From NCBI GenBank assembly GCA_040954595.2, contig CM082590.2, positions 10,380,088-10,444,087 on the forward strand: a DNA stretch of 64,000 nucleotides, read 5' to 3'. The notes beneath the pieces were generated by a model. That model was not told where the DNA came from, ran no database searches, and saw nothing but the letters and a program-made list of their open reading frames with translations. This document shows, piece after piece, positions 24,677 to 37,467 of the stretch. Both the position numbers and the translations under genes were made by a program. Position 1 is the first letter of the stretch, and every line of letters begins with the position of its first letter. This DNA is from Balanoglossus misakiensis. Lineage: Eukaryota > Animalia > Hemichordata.

Positions 24677-27395
24677 AACTCACGAAACAACTATTCGTTT
24701 ACAAACGTCGATTTTCTTCACCTCTTTCACCTCTGTGTCGCGTGACAATGTTTTTATTGGAATTAAAAGGACTTAGGTTACAAAGAAACTTTTGTCTGTC
24801 GCAATTTGCTTGTACAATTTTGCTGAATATTTTAGGCAAATTTTAACAACAAAAGAATTGTGTTTTTAAAGAAACCGGCCGCTTGTGGGCGCTAAGCACT
24901 TTTGTCATGTAGTATAATCCTGGAGTTCAAGTCATAAAATTCTATTGACGTTTCAACTAAAGACAAACAAACTTTGCTGCTTCCTAATTATTCTAGCTTG
25001 GTGTGAAAAATAAACATGTCCTATTTCCTAAAGAAGATGAAATCGATTAGTGTGGATTATTGTATATAGCTTCAAGAGAGACATACATGTTAGAAGGCCC
25101 CATTTCTTACACGAATGCATCTCTTAATTAATTAGAGAAGTTTTAGCGCAACCCAAGTTCATGAAAATAATTAATCTTGCTGTTGTCAGTATCAATTGTT
25201 GATTGCAAGCAAACATAGCATAAAAAAGCATATTAGCATTGGATCCTGGAAGTGTTGGAAAACCTGACTCCATTACAGTTTATTTTGTTTAGGAGTTGGA
25301 GAAAGACTTTGTAAAGTTAGTGCCCATTTGTGAAATGTCAAATCACAACTACTAAACTAGCAAACCAAGAGTTAAGCATAATATTATTTGCATTCAACAT
25401 TTCACCAAGGATCAAGGAAGCGCGTCCGCCCGTACGTTTTGAATAAAATCGCCGTGTAGTAAAAACGCCTTGTAATTTTAATTAAACGAATATATATTTT
25501 AAGCACTCTTTTATCTGCTTATCTGCTTAAATAAATAATATTTCCCCAACAATAAAAATTTTAAACGTCCACGCTAGAGTATATACTGTTTTGGTTGAGA
25601 TTGCGCAATGGATTTTGAAATGTACATCATTTCGTCCGCGCCGTTGCCCGGGGCGATCACCTTTGACCTTTACTCATCCCATGTGCTCCACGAGGCCGCG
25701 TGTCCTCATGGCGTATATGAGAGCTGTGCCGTTTTTGTGGCCTGGAGCACATTTTTGGGGTCATCTTGATGGCGTTGTAAGTATTTTATAGGTAGCAGCT
25801 TAGGTGAACTTTGATATTCCGGTGTGTTTATTCAATTATTTGGTTGTTTTATGGGTCTACGGATGAGAAATCCTGCGGTGACCTCTGCCTCTCCGCATCT
25901 TCAAACATGTGATGCACGTTTAGAATATTAGAAGGGTGATGACCTCGTGACCTTGTTTCAGTTTTTGTGCTTGTAAAGGCTTGTTGTTCACTAAAATCAA
26001 CCGAAAACATAAAACCTGATTGATATCTGATAGCTCTTCATTCAAGAATTCAATGCTAAACTGATGCGGTCATCCATTTACTCTCTACTCGGTTCTGTAG
26101 AAGAAAGTTCTAGATTGTAATTCAGTTGTGTGTTGAGGCTGTCTTGAATAGACTGGACATTCAGTTCAGTTCGTCAACATGCACCTGTTTCTTCGGAACA
26201 AAGGGGTTGTAAAGGTCAAAAGATACTCTCCTCGAAATCGTGAGGATACCCTGTGCCCATCTGAAAGGATTAACCACAGAGTCACTGGTTTGATTTTCAG
26301 TGAGCACGTGGAAAATTCACGCCGTTTGTGGCAAACAAAAGCAAAATCTCGAGCTACTGAATCGCAGATAGTAATATTTATGACCGCGGATAGTCATATG
26401 TTTGACGTGAGCACAGCAACCATGCTTGAAAATTCTAAAAAGCATTTATTATAATAAATAAATAATTACGAATTTTTTATCTGGGCATCGGATGGATTTC
26501 ACACTTGCCACTGATATTTTACAATGGAAAACAAAATTATAATTTTAATCACTATATGCATTAAAATGTTATTTTTCTCCTTTTTTGCAGTATTCTTGAA
26601 ATATTGTAAGTACTTAGGCGTGTAGCATTGATACAAGGCAAGTACGTACAGAACACGTTTTGTGTAATAAAACAAAACAAAGTAACAGCAAACAAGTCGT
26701 CACTGAGGGCGATGTTTACGCACCCGCGCCCTCTGGAGACCATGCTTAAAAACCTGGATTTTTAAATCTAATCGCTGCCAGGCTTTGAACTATGAAAAAA
26801 CTTAATTAAAGTAGATATATTCATTATTTACAGAATATTATCTGGCCTATAATATACAAATATAGTTATGGACGAACAGTAGAAAGCTGGAAAGTAAATG
26901 TGATGTACTAAAAAGGTTAAAATCCATCGAACTTTCTCATAAAAAATTATGAATATACTTGGCTACTTTTATGTTTCTGTTACTTTCTGCTTTGCTCCGC
27001 TTGGCTGACTATTAAGGAATATAAAAATTGCCATTTTCCTGTGATTTTATACATATATTGAATATGTTAATAACTTTTGAATACAAAACTAGAGAGAAAA
27101 CAAAGTTCCTATCCTACTTTTTTAAGTTTGGGGATGGTCTAAAACATTGTGCAAAATTTTGAGTGAATACTTTTCTTGCACTTTTCATGCAGCTTACCTA
27201 AGGTGAAAATATTTGAACAACTTTATCAAAAAGTCAAGAATGGTAACATAATGTTTTCATTATATCATTTAATAATACCCCTCTTTTGGTACTTTTTGGG
27301 AAAATTTCAGGAAAATGACAATATTGTAAACTGTTTTCACAAAAGTTGAAATGTATTAAAGGCTTCCTTAATTCAAGCTGTATATTGTCTTACAG

Positions 27396-27625
27396 ATACG
27401 CCTCTCGTCCCAACGATTCATCGGATCTGCTTTGATGCGAAATCATGGATGCAAGATCCTGATAATTGACGTAGCGTGGCTTACAAGAAGATAAAGTCTA
27501 GACCGAGAAGTCTCTTCTTTTGACTTGATATTCAGATCGGTATCCAGACAGATCGGACACGTTCCAACGCAGCGTGCATCTCGTTCCCTTAATGTCCATC
27601 TACAGTCAAGATTTATGAACACAAA
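27396..27625 (+). other. Exon-like segment closed in all three frames (candidate lncRNA or UTR exon)
   Basis: Acceptor TTGTCTTACAG, donor AAA|GTAAGT, higher GC than the flanks, and stops in all three plus-strand frames. Confidence 0.35.
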
Positions 27626-29505
27626 GTAAGTTCTTTGCCGTCTGTATATCAACTCGTGCATGGCACTTCATTGATTATTCAATGAGGACTCTTCGACTTT
27701 TAGTGTAAACTATCTTTTAATGTGTACATTGTCAATAGTCATTTACCTGCATCATCAACACAGCTATATAATTCAATGAATAATTTATACCCTATCAGGT
27801 AAGGGGAGAACCATTTGATTTTGAGGGGGGAGGGGGGCGGGGTTGGTTTCGAACGTCAGCATTTTTTCTGCCACTTTTTTTCCAAGTTTTATTGCCAACT
27901 GTACGTTTTACTCAATACACTGCAAAAGAACTATACACACCTTCCATCCCACTTATAGGATATATTAAGAGTAAACATCTCGCCAAAATGAATAAACGGT
28001 AAACACCGATACAAACGGGATGGAAGTTGTGTGTGGTCGATCGTTGATTCACTATATATCCACTTGTAAAATAAAATAAACGGTGTCTTGTATCAAACAT
28101 AATGAATGGAAAAAAGGCTGCGAGAGAGACACTTTGTCCCTTAAAACAGATGTGATGAAATGCCGTGATTAGCTACCCGTTCTGTCCATAATATTTGATT
28201 GAAGGGTATCTTTATCTAAACTTTAGTATGATAAGTGTAAGGGGGAAATCGCGCAGTGTACGAACGCATTAGTGGCCTTTTAAGAGGGTTATAAGGGGTA
28301 ATCTTCGTAGGTATAGTTCCATATGTTTCACTAGTCATCTAAAATTTCAGACCAAAGGGTCAAGCTAAATGCTAAGTAACTTTTATATCCGCGTTAGTTT
28401 ACAATTCTCTCTGTGCAAAGGTGAAACTCGTACTTGCATCCCTTGCATTGAATTCACGGCACACAAAAACACATCGTTCGATTTTCATCGCCAAGTATCG
28501 ACTTTTGTGAAGACAGCCATCTGTCCAACACCTGCTCAACACATCGAAGCCATCAAAATACAACAAAGAGAATGCATAGCGTCGCATCATCGAAACTGGC
28601 GGCGGGAACAGCGTCGACAAAGAGACGGAAGAGCGATTGACGCGAGGGACGTGCTTTTCTGAAACGCGTGGCTTTACATGTGTAAATTAATCGGCTTTGG
28701 ACCACGGTGTTATTCTTGCTGCAGTCAAAAATTAATTTGTTCACTGCCAATATAATGACGAATCGTAATGTCACACCAGTACTAGCGAATTCCCAGGGTA
28801 TTCACGAAATGCGTTTCCTTTTCGTTAAGTGCTCGATATTTGTCGCATGTCTGTGGTTGTTTTTTATTCGTTTTCTTTTTATATTGTGTCAATGTATCAA
28901 TCTTCAGCATCATGTGGTTCACAACATGTCATCCAAAACCGTGACATTTAGAATTTTCAACACAAAAGAAAACTGACATGCCAATCAATACTTCAGTGAG
29001 GCATAGGTTTTCAACATTCTGAATTTTGTTGTTTTTATTTTTGCAGGCCATTTCATCCAGAACGTTGGACCTTTTTCGACTGTTACTAGACGTGGTTGCA
29101 AAGATAGCGTAAAACAAAATTCGATGTCCAGAACTACTTGGGTAGGTTCATGATAGATAATCACAGGTTTTTCTTGCCGAGGTTCAATGGTACACCTGCA
29201 TGTACTGCAGTGACATATTTTAAGATGCATACATGTACCAGTAATCCTTTGAGTTTTTACGATACCATATAGTTGTGCATTATGATTAAAAAATTACGAT
29301 GGTGCAAAGTATTAAGTAGAACGTTTGTGGCGCTTGTGGTTCAATGTGTTGTATTATTCGCGCACTCAGCCTACTAATTTTAAGATTTCATGCCACGTTT
29401 TCACAGCGGACGAAATCTATAACTGGTCCCTCAGGTAAACTGCGTAGCAGCGTACAAAATCGACAATCATTTCAATGCATGATCAGCTGTCATATTCTAT
29501 TCCAG

Positions 29506-29878
29506 TGGCTTGAACTCTTGTCAGCTTTCTGGAGACAGTTTTCGAAGCGTCGAAGAGAGCTTGTCTGGGTCTGGTAATTTAGACCTCGACGAACACTTCT
29601 TCACAATACCCTTGATGGGTTGATCAGCATCGCTGACGTTAGAAAGAGATTTCAGGCGTTGCCTGATTGCAGACACGGAAACGATGCCTGTCAGTTTCTG
29701 AAAAGAACCATTTCTCGTTCCCCTCTCACAATCAGTACACTTGTTCTCTGTGATGCGTTTTCAGGTTTCACAAAGAGCTATGATGTCAACAGATTGGCTA
29801 TAAACTTTACAATTCTACGAAGAACCTCACCTTTACTAAGCGACACATCTGGAAAGATCTGTGAAGGAACCTCTCACG
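29506..29878 (+). other. Exon-like segment (non-coding or unrecognised coding)
   Basis: Acceptor TTCTATTCCAG and donor ACG|GTAAGT. One frame is open from ~29579 to the donor but has no recognisable domain. Confidence 0.3.
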
Positions 29879-31699
29879 GTAAGTTGATATAAATACCTTA
29901 TCACTGCGGCATTATACTTTACAGCAATGATACGCTCCTCTTCTTAACTTCATTTACATTTTTCGAAATAAGATGTAATGACGTTAAAGGATCAGGTGTA
30001 TTGATGCTAGGCCACTTGGTTATTGTTGGAATCTGAGAATTAATTTTACTTCAGTCTGAGCTGGACACAAAAGGATGCGATGAGCTCTAGTATTTGCCTG
30101 ACATCTTAAAAGGAACATCATCTTTTATACTGCTGTTTGAATTTGTGTTTCATTCATTGCAAAAACACACCATATGAATGATATGTCTGGTAATCATCTT
30201 GTTGAGTCCAAGGAAGGATTAAGCTGGCAGTGCACGATGATCAGTTGGGAAGAAATCTTTAGTGTTGTTTGTTGTTACACGGGTCTGAAAGTTATATAAG
30301 TCCACTTGCATGTGCGTAATTATACCATACATCAGTCAGTCATTCAGTCAGTCTGTCAGTCTGTCTGTCTGTCTGTCTGTCTCAGTGTCTGGTCACAAAA
30401 TTAAAAAAAACTGTCATCAGATGCAAATAACAGTAGAAGTCAGCAGTTTATAATGCACTTTCTGTAACAAATACCAATATTACAGAAATGGACAAATTGT
30501 GTCTAATATTGTGATTTAAACTATAATTATTATCAACGCCTAATTGAAAACAGAATAAGTACAAAATATTTTTGCGAAGTTTTGCATAGATATTAAGTAA
30601 AATCTCTCTTTAGCCATCTCACTTGACAGATGATTTGAATCATGACAGTGGATTGAGCATGCGCGGGAAATAAAACTTGATTTCCACTGCCGTGTCTAGC
30701 AAAGCATAGATATGTTAAACTCTAGTCTTTATCACCATGCCTGACAATAAAAGAAAGCGATATAACGACCTAGTAAATGACAACTATTATAGCCAACCGC
30801 ATTTTCACAAGAGCGCTGCTCTTTGGAAGCGAATCTCCAGGCGATATTTTATCAAGTGAAATAAAAGATTTAAATAGATCGACGGCGTTTCGACAAAGGG
30901 CTCATAATTGCCTATTCATGGTTGACCAGTCGCAGGAAGACCACAGAGAGGAGATAAACTGATGTTACTGACTGGAGGAGAGTATTGCGTTGTCATGGAG
31001 ATTAAAAGATTTCTTCTAGTCTTTCAATTTACGTGTTGGATGTAAAGGGTGTGAATTCATTTCTCGTCAAATGTGGGTACCAAATCCTACTCAACAGAAG
31101 TGACTTAAGCATTTGCAGCCTTTCTTGAATATTTACATTTTATGGTACATGTCACCTTCTAGTAAAGGGGACATATTTGCTTTTATAACACACCATGCAG
31201 CGAACCCCCGATCGTGATACGTCAATACGAAATACAACAGAAAAATGCAACGCAGAAATAAAACTGATTTAAAATTCTAGAGTATCAATCTAGTGATACA
31301 GTGAATGCTGTTTAAGTAGGACATCATTAACATTTAACACTAAAGGTCGATGTCGCACATTTTCAATCATTTTAAGTAGTGTTCAAATGGAAGTAACAAA
31401 AAAAGACGACCTCGACTGCAGAGTTGAATTGGGTAATCGTTTTATGAGAGGTGCACGCGTGTTAAAATCAATGAAAATGTCTGGATTGACGATTTGACTG
31501 ATTGTTAAGCCGAGGAAGGAATTTAAACAATCTTTCCGTGAAAGCGGGTAAGCATGAATCCAGCAAATAGTGCCTGGCCACAGTATGATTTTGCAATGCC
31601 TGCAGACAGACAAGATACTTCATGCATTGCTAGTAATATTATATTTATGATATAAAATAATTTAAAATGAATAAAGAACAACTACGTTTGTACGACTGT

Positions 31700-31785
31700 C
31701 AATCTGATTAAAATCAGATGTAGGGAACGGCGACGTGGTTTTTTTTATACGTCGCCGTTCCCTACATCTGATTTTAATCAGATTG
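31700..31785. mobile_element. 86-bp perfect-palindrome element with a 10-bp target-site duplication
   Basis: 37-bp arms CAATCTGATTAAAATCAGATGTAGGGAACGGCGACGT and its exact reverse complement, with a 12-bp loop. Flanks are GTACGACTGT and GTATGACTGT. Confidence 0.85.
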
Positions 31786-32545
31786 GTATGACTGTGTGCT
31801 TTGCACGGACATTACAATCAATATTACATGTACTAGGTTATGTGAAAATATGTTTCAATAATTGTATGTATGAAACACTGAGTTTTACTTTATTAATAGA
31901 CTGATGATAGAGCAAAGATCTCTCAAATATTTAGCAACAACGAAGATGGACGTCAATGTGACTGTTGATCGATATCGTGACCGCACCCGTTTTGCGATAC
32001 CATCAGTTACCTGGGTAACGGACGAGTTTCTGGCATCACATCGTTTCATCCATGTCGCCGTCGACAGTTCAAATTGACACACATGGCACAAGACTGCCAT
32101 TAAAGTTAGTAGTTCTCAGAAAACATATATACCATGATAAATATGACCATAAAATTTCAATCATATTCTTGTTTTTTTTTATGGCTGATGGTTTTCATCC
32201 GTTCAAGGGAATAATTGTCTTTGCTCAGGGGAGGTTTGGAGGATAGAGATTTATTAAAGCGGTTCTCAGGGGAAACGAGGAATACGAAGAGAGTATGGGA
32301 AATCAAGTCTCAATGTGTAACACTCGTGTTGATGGAAACTAACAGCAGCTGCGCCGCTGATCTCAATAGATATTGTAATCCGTAGAGACAGACATTCAAT
32401 ATAAAGGAGACACCACATCAAAAGTCTGACACCTGCCGCCTGCTTGTGGCCAGATTCAACCAACTCACTGTATGTCGCATAAAATCTTCTTTCAGCGCTA
32501 TATAATTTAAAAACTTCCCATAAATGTTTTTTTTTCTGCAACGAG

Positions 32546-32757
32546 TACTGTAAAACACTTTATTTTCGCGAGTTGAAATTTTCGCGATATCAAGAGAGGC
32601 CACTGTTTCGCGAGTATTAATTTTCACGTTCTCTTATTTCATTCACGGAATCGTTATCTTCAAAAAAAATGTAAGCGACTTTTTATTGTCACGCTATTTT
32701 GGCTCTCGCGTATTTCACGAAAATTTATTGCTCGCGAAAATAACCTGTTTTACAGTA
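32546..32757. mobile_element. MITE with TACTGTAAAAC...GTTTTACAGTA ends and internal TTTTCGCGA repeats (copy 1)
   Basis: Terminal inverted repeats of ~27 bp including the outer TA. Homologous copies lie at 47672 and 53644. Confidence 0.85.
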
Positions 32758-33735
32758 TTTGTCAAGAGCATTCATACGTAGCAACTGGCTTACTTTTACA
32801 ATTGGGAGCGTGTGTTAAAATAGTTGACTGATTTTGATCACTGTGTAAGTGTTCAGAGGCTCCAGCACGGAAATGATTTTGCTTTGGTCATGCGTGACCT
32901 CGTTGTATACATACGTTTATAGCGTTCGCGTGCTCGTCATCAGCAATGAACACCTAGCCATCAAGTCCGAAACGCAAAATGTTGTGTATTTGACGCATTT
33001 GTAGCACTTTTTACGCTGACAAAATAAACAGTGCGTCGATGTGTACGCACTGATTCCAACTACAGGGAACGTACTTGTAATCGCTTTACAGTGTACACAT
33101 CCCGGCTACATGCGAACTAAAATGTGTATCTTACACGCGACGTAAATGAGTGGCAGAAAATTTAAAACATTTTACTCTTTCTTGGTCGCATGGTTGCTGT
33201 TATAGTGACAGGCATCAACATCGGTGTACATTTGAGTTGCGGTATGGAATAAGTTGCACGAAAAAGCATGGCTGAGGATATCGCCCAATAATTTATATAA
33301 GCAATATTCAGAACTATCGTAATTGTCCCAGAATAACACCAGAATTGCTCTTCTACCCCTTGATCGAAATAAAATTGCTGAATTTAGTAAGACTATAAAA
33401 GGTTATATTGGTAGAACTTCTTGTGTACTTCGTGTTTTTATGGAAGTCATTTAGTGAACGGGATTACTAAGTGAATAAGGCACCCTTTGAGTTATGAACA
33501 TAAAACGTGAAATCCTGGTTTTTAATAAAAAGGGAAGATTCATGGCACATGGTCTGTAAGCTTACTTTTATTCAACATGAAAAATTTACGACAACTGCAA
33601 AATACAGATTGTCTACGTCATTCATCAAGATTCCTAAGTGCTTCACAACATGTGATGGTGATGGTGTACAATGAATGACGGTGAATTTTATATTATTAGA
33701 AATTAGTTTTCGTTCCGTTTGCATCATTTTAAACC

Positions 33736-33797
33736 TTAAAGGGAAGGGGTCGTCGCGCCGCGTGGGTGTCCCCCTTGATGAGAATATGTCCTCCCAT
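33736..33797 (+). mobile_element. Terminal fragment of a TTAA-associated (Kolobok-like) non-autonomous element
   Basis: TTAAAGGGAAGGGGTCGTCGCGCCGCGTGGGTGTCC...GAGAATATGTCCTCCCAT is shared with 53273-53385 and, inverted, with 44167-44234. Confidence 0.65.
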
Positions 33798-35220
33798 GTG
33801 CATGGAAACTGTTAGTGAAAATTGACTTGCATCCAAGACAGACATAGAAAACCCACATTATTTTCAAGGTTGATGTGAGTTTGATGGACAGCTGTTAGCC
33901 ACAATGATACTGAAGAAACAAACGTACCACAGAAGATAATATGACGTCAGTTTATCTGTCATGTTTCATTGCCACTTCTTGCAAACAAATGACGATAAAA
34001 AATCAGTTTTTTGCTTTCTAAACGGCTTCGATTTCTGTTAGTGGTTAACTTGGAAAAATCCCATGAGAGTTTGTCGACAGTGGACGATTCAAAGCTGTCA
34101 ATCGTGCTATGGAGCAACAAATGATGAAGACCGTGAAATGAATATACCATATTGACACATGGCAGATGTTTCGTTCAGTCAGTTGAATGATGGACATCCA
34201 TCTCGATATTTGACAGCTTCGTCTGTTTTTAGATCCAAGTCAAAAAAATCTTCTCGTAACATCAGATTGACATTCTGTCTCTCAAGTTTATAACGTTGAA
34301 TTGATTCTCTCGCTGGATAGCTTTTTTGAAGCCTCTTGTGATCTCATCTGCTGTTAGAACTTTGGTAAAAAAAAAACAATTGCTAGGCTTTTGTGAACCA
34401 TGATCAGCTCATTTACTTGTTGGTGAAAATGACACCACTTGTACTCATAGTTATTTTTGCCGAGGTTGGCCAAACATGTGATAGACGGATTGCATGCGTA
34501 ACACCCAGAAACGAGACATAGATATTTTGCCTCCAAGACAGGCACCTTGGAATGAGGTGATCACGTTTCATTTCACGGTGTTTTAAATCATAAAGTGTGA
34601 TAGCCTAATGGATGTGACAATCGGCGCCTTGAGGCAGCGATGTTTTTGCAAACTTTTCGTCTTACGTCGCTTCCCATCACTGCGTTTGTTCACAACACCT
34701 CAGGTGCTATCAGACGAACACACAAAGGTCACACAGAGATCAATGCTTTTCAGTCAATTTGTGCTTGATTTTTTTTACAAATAAATAATTGTTTTGTCTT
34801 TGTTTTTTAGGTGGGTTGACGGTTGTCTGGTATAACAAGTTTTGATGCAGATTAGCTGGAGTGGCTTTTTCTGGTAAGCAAATTATTGTTTGTATAATTT
34901 CTTCTATCTGTATATCTCTATCAAATCCAAGTCTGCTTGTTATAATAAAAACAAGCAAGTTACATCAATCCCTTTGTGAAAAGTATTAAGTAACAAAATT
35001 TCGATAGCTATTTATCGGTATAGTAGACACCTTTTCAACCAATTCCTAAGATGATCACACGATCTTGCGTATGATTTTATCAGTTACTAATATGCATTTT
35101 TGTTTAAGGGACGTGACCAACCAGAACCCATGAATGACTTATTGACGGTGGACTTTTGACCAGTGGCTTCTCAAGTGAAATTCTGTGGTAGGTAGCTAGA
35201 TGTATATGTAATCGTATTAA

Positions 35221-35395
35221 AGGTACACAGTCACCATACATCCATAAATGGCAAAAAATGGCATATCTGAGTGTTGTAAAGAACGTATAGTGGCGCTCTT
35301 GTTTTCGCTACGAGCCCCCCACTGAAAATCTCTTTGGCTAGAGCTCAGTTTGCCATGGTAACTTTAGCTAAATTTGTATAGGTGACCGTATACCT
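35221..35395. mobile_element. 175-bp Kolobok-type MITE with TTAA target-site duplication
   Basis: TTAA-AGGTACACAGTCACC ... GGTGACCGTATACCT-TTAA: 15-bp imperfect TIRs with purine-purine termini. Confidence 0.75.
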
Positions 35396-35415
35396 TTAAT
35401 GTAACCAAAGCTTAT

Positions 35416-35549
35416 GAGGTTATTACGAAAATACCGCAAAGTATGCACGAGGACACTAGCGCACAGTATCGCCTGACGCGTAGCGGAGGGCGATGCGCTG
35501 CGCTAATGTCCTCGTGCATACTTTGAGGTATTTTCGTAATAACCTTATT
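35416..35549. mobile_element. ~135-bp foldback (hairpin) element
   Basis: AGGTTATTACGAAAATACCGCAAAGTATGCACGAGGACACTAGCGCA pairs with TGCGCTAATGTCCTCGTGCATACTTTGAGGTATTTTCGTAATAACCT. The centre is GCGTAGCGGAGGGCG. Confidence 0.8.
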
Positions 35550-35618
35550 ATTATACATCTTGCATCTCCGTTAGTTCTTGTGTTGTGGTGCCAGATGTAT
35601 AATACCGGTACATGTAAT

Positions 35619-35777
35619 AACCCTTATTGAGAAGATTCTATAGACATCAATAGAATTCCATTGAAATTCATAGAATGTCTATGCAGTTTTGGCATCATTT
35701 TCTATTGAATTATATGGAAAAGACAGAATCTATCGATGGATGCTATTGAACTCTATAGAACATTTTTGGTAAGGGTT
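35619..35777. mobile_element. Degenerate small MITE with internal ~10-bp TCTATAGA/ATTGAA subrepeats
   Basis: Ends AACCCTTA...TAAGGGTT with decayed internal short repeats. Confidence 0.4.
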
Positions 35778-37309
35778 GGACATCGCAGCGAAGAACAGGC
35801 CATGTCAAGTATCTGCCACTTGTCTTTAGATGTATCACCTAAGTCTATGTAAATTGTATGTAAGAATAGTGAATGCCCTCTCTGGGAAATAAGACATTAT
35901 CAATGTTCTGTTTTCCAATACAAAAGGCAAGCTGTCTTAAGTAATTCCATTTCTATCCGAGATAAGCCTCTCATCCCTGGAGAAGCTAGCCCAGTTAACA
36001 AATTAGCTCGCTCTGGTGAATTATAACGAGGAATCATCTCCCAGGGGTGCTTTTCAAGATCAGTCTCACGCCATCTCCTCGTAATCCTGAACCAATCTAC
36101 AATTGTAGAACAGTTTTGCAAATCATCAGGTTACTGCTGTGTCATAGGTTATCTTATAGCATGTGGGTAAAAGCGTGAAAGTCAAATTCTTGACCGTATT
36201 AAGCTCATGTAGTGATCGGATGCTACTTTATTCTATTTCCATAAAATAATCTTAGCAGTCTTGAGGTTTGAGTCAATTAAGCAGCCTTCTTTTGAGTTCT
36301 TCATACGATTACGAACAACATGTAATTTCTAATTATTGATTGCTTTAGAACCAAACGGATCTATTGCTCTTTGCATTTTCTGTAAAATACGATCCCCACC
36401 AAGCTCCATTTAATTTTGCTTGTGACGTGCAATAATGGTCCTCTTAAATTTAAAAGATAAAAATAAAATAGACTTCTGTGGTTTTTGGAATCTCGGGGCA
36501 TGTATTAAAATGCTAATTACTAGAATCCCTGCAGGTGGGTCCTGTCATATTATAAATACCATCCTTCAAATGAGCTTTACAAGTATGGCTGAACTGTCGC
36601 ATTATTTCCCCGTAAATTCAGATTTCGATAAGAATATATATGTTTGTGGCTTAAAAATAGCCAACCCTTGTATGTCGTGGGGCTAATTATATCAGCAGTA
36701 AAAATGAAAACATGCAAATTTAGTCGAGCAGCAGACTGATGGCAAATGGGGCATCGCCTACGCCTGTCTCAACTTTGATTGTACGGTCGACGTGAGTTGC
36801 GTGTCTGCGAGAAACAAACTTGCAGTTGTTTTGCATAGACAGACACGAACGCTCAACCACCAGTGAATAATTCGCGCCGGAAAAAATCACAAACATCCAG
36901 ATACCAGTGAAATATTCAGGCCGGGAGATAATTCAGAGGACAGAATAGTCTAAACGTGAGTGGACTTCAATTATTTGCTCAAAGTATGTAGAGTATCTAT
37001 CGTTTCCAGGCGACAATCCAACCTCGACTCAACGCCATACATTTAAATTACGTTGTCTAGCCTGAATAGGATGTTCTTGTAAATAGTTCTCAATTGTGTG
37101 TGAAAAATGGACAATTTCGCACAAATTAGCGCCGAAACTAGAGCGAATTATGTACAATTGATACCGGAGGAATATCAATTGACGCTTTCTTTTTGACTGA
37201 GTTCCTTTGAAGCGACCGCTTCGCATCGAAATGTGAAAGAAAGAAAGCAAGCAACGAAGACACGCTTGTTAACGCCCGTCTGTCTGTCTCTGTCCAGCCG
37301 TCGATCAGT

Positions 37310-37467
37310 ATATGCCTGTCTGTCTGTCGGTCTGTCTTCCATACATACATATGTAGATACATAGATAGATGCATAGATAGATAGATAGATAGATAGATAC
37401 ATACATACATACATACATACATACATACATACATACATACATACATACATACATACATACATACATA
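37310..37467. repeat. TCTG/ATAG/ATAC compound microsatellite
   Basis: Seen directly. Confidence 0.95.

Noticed and set aside
25411-27372. ~2-kb Kolobok-like insertion bounded by AAGGAAGC...GCTTCCTT
   Set aside because: The inverted match is only ~8 bp and the left TTAA is imperfect, so it cannot be supported without other copies.
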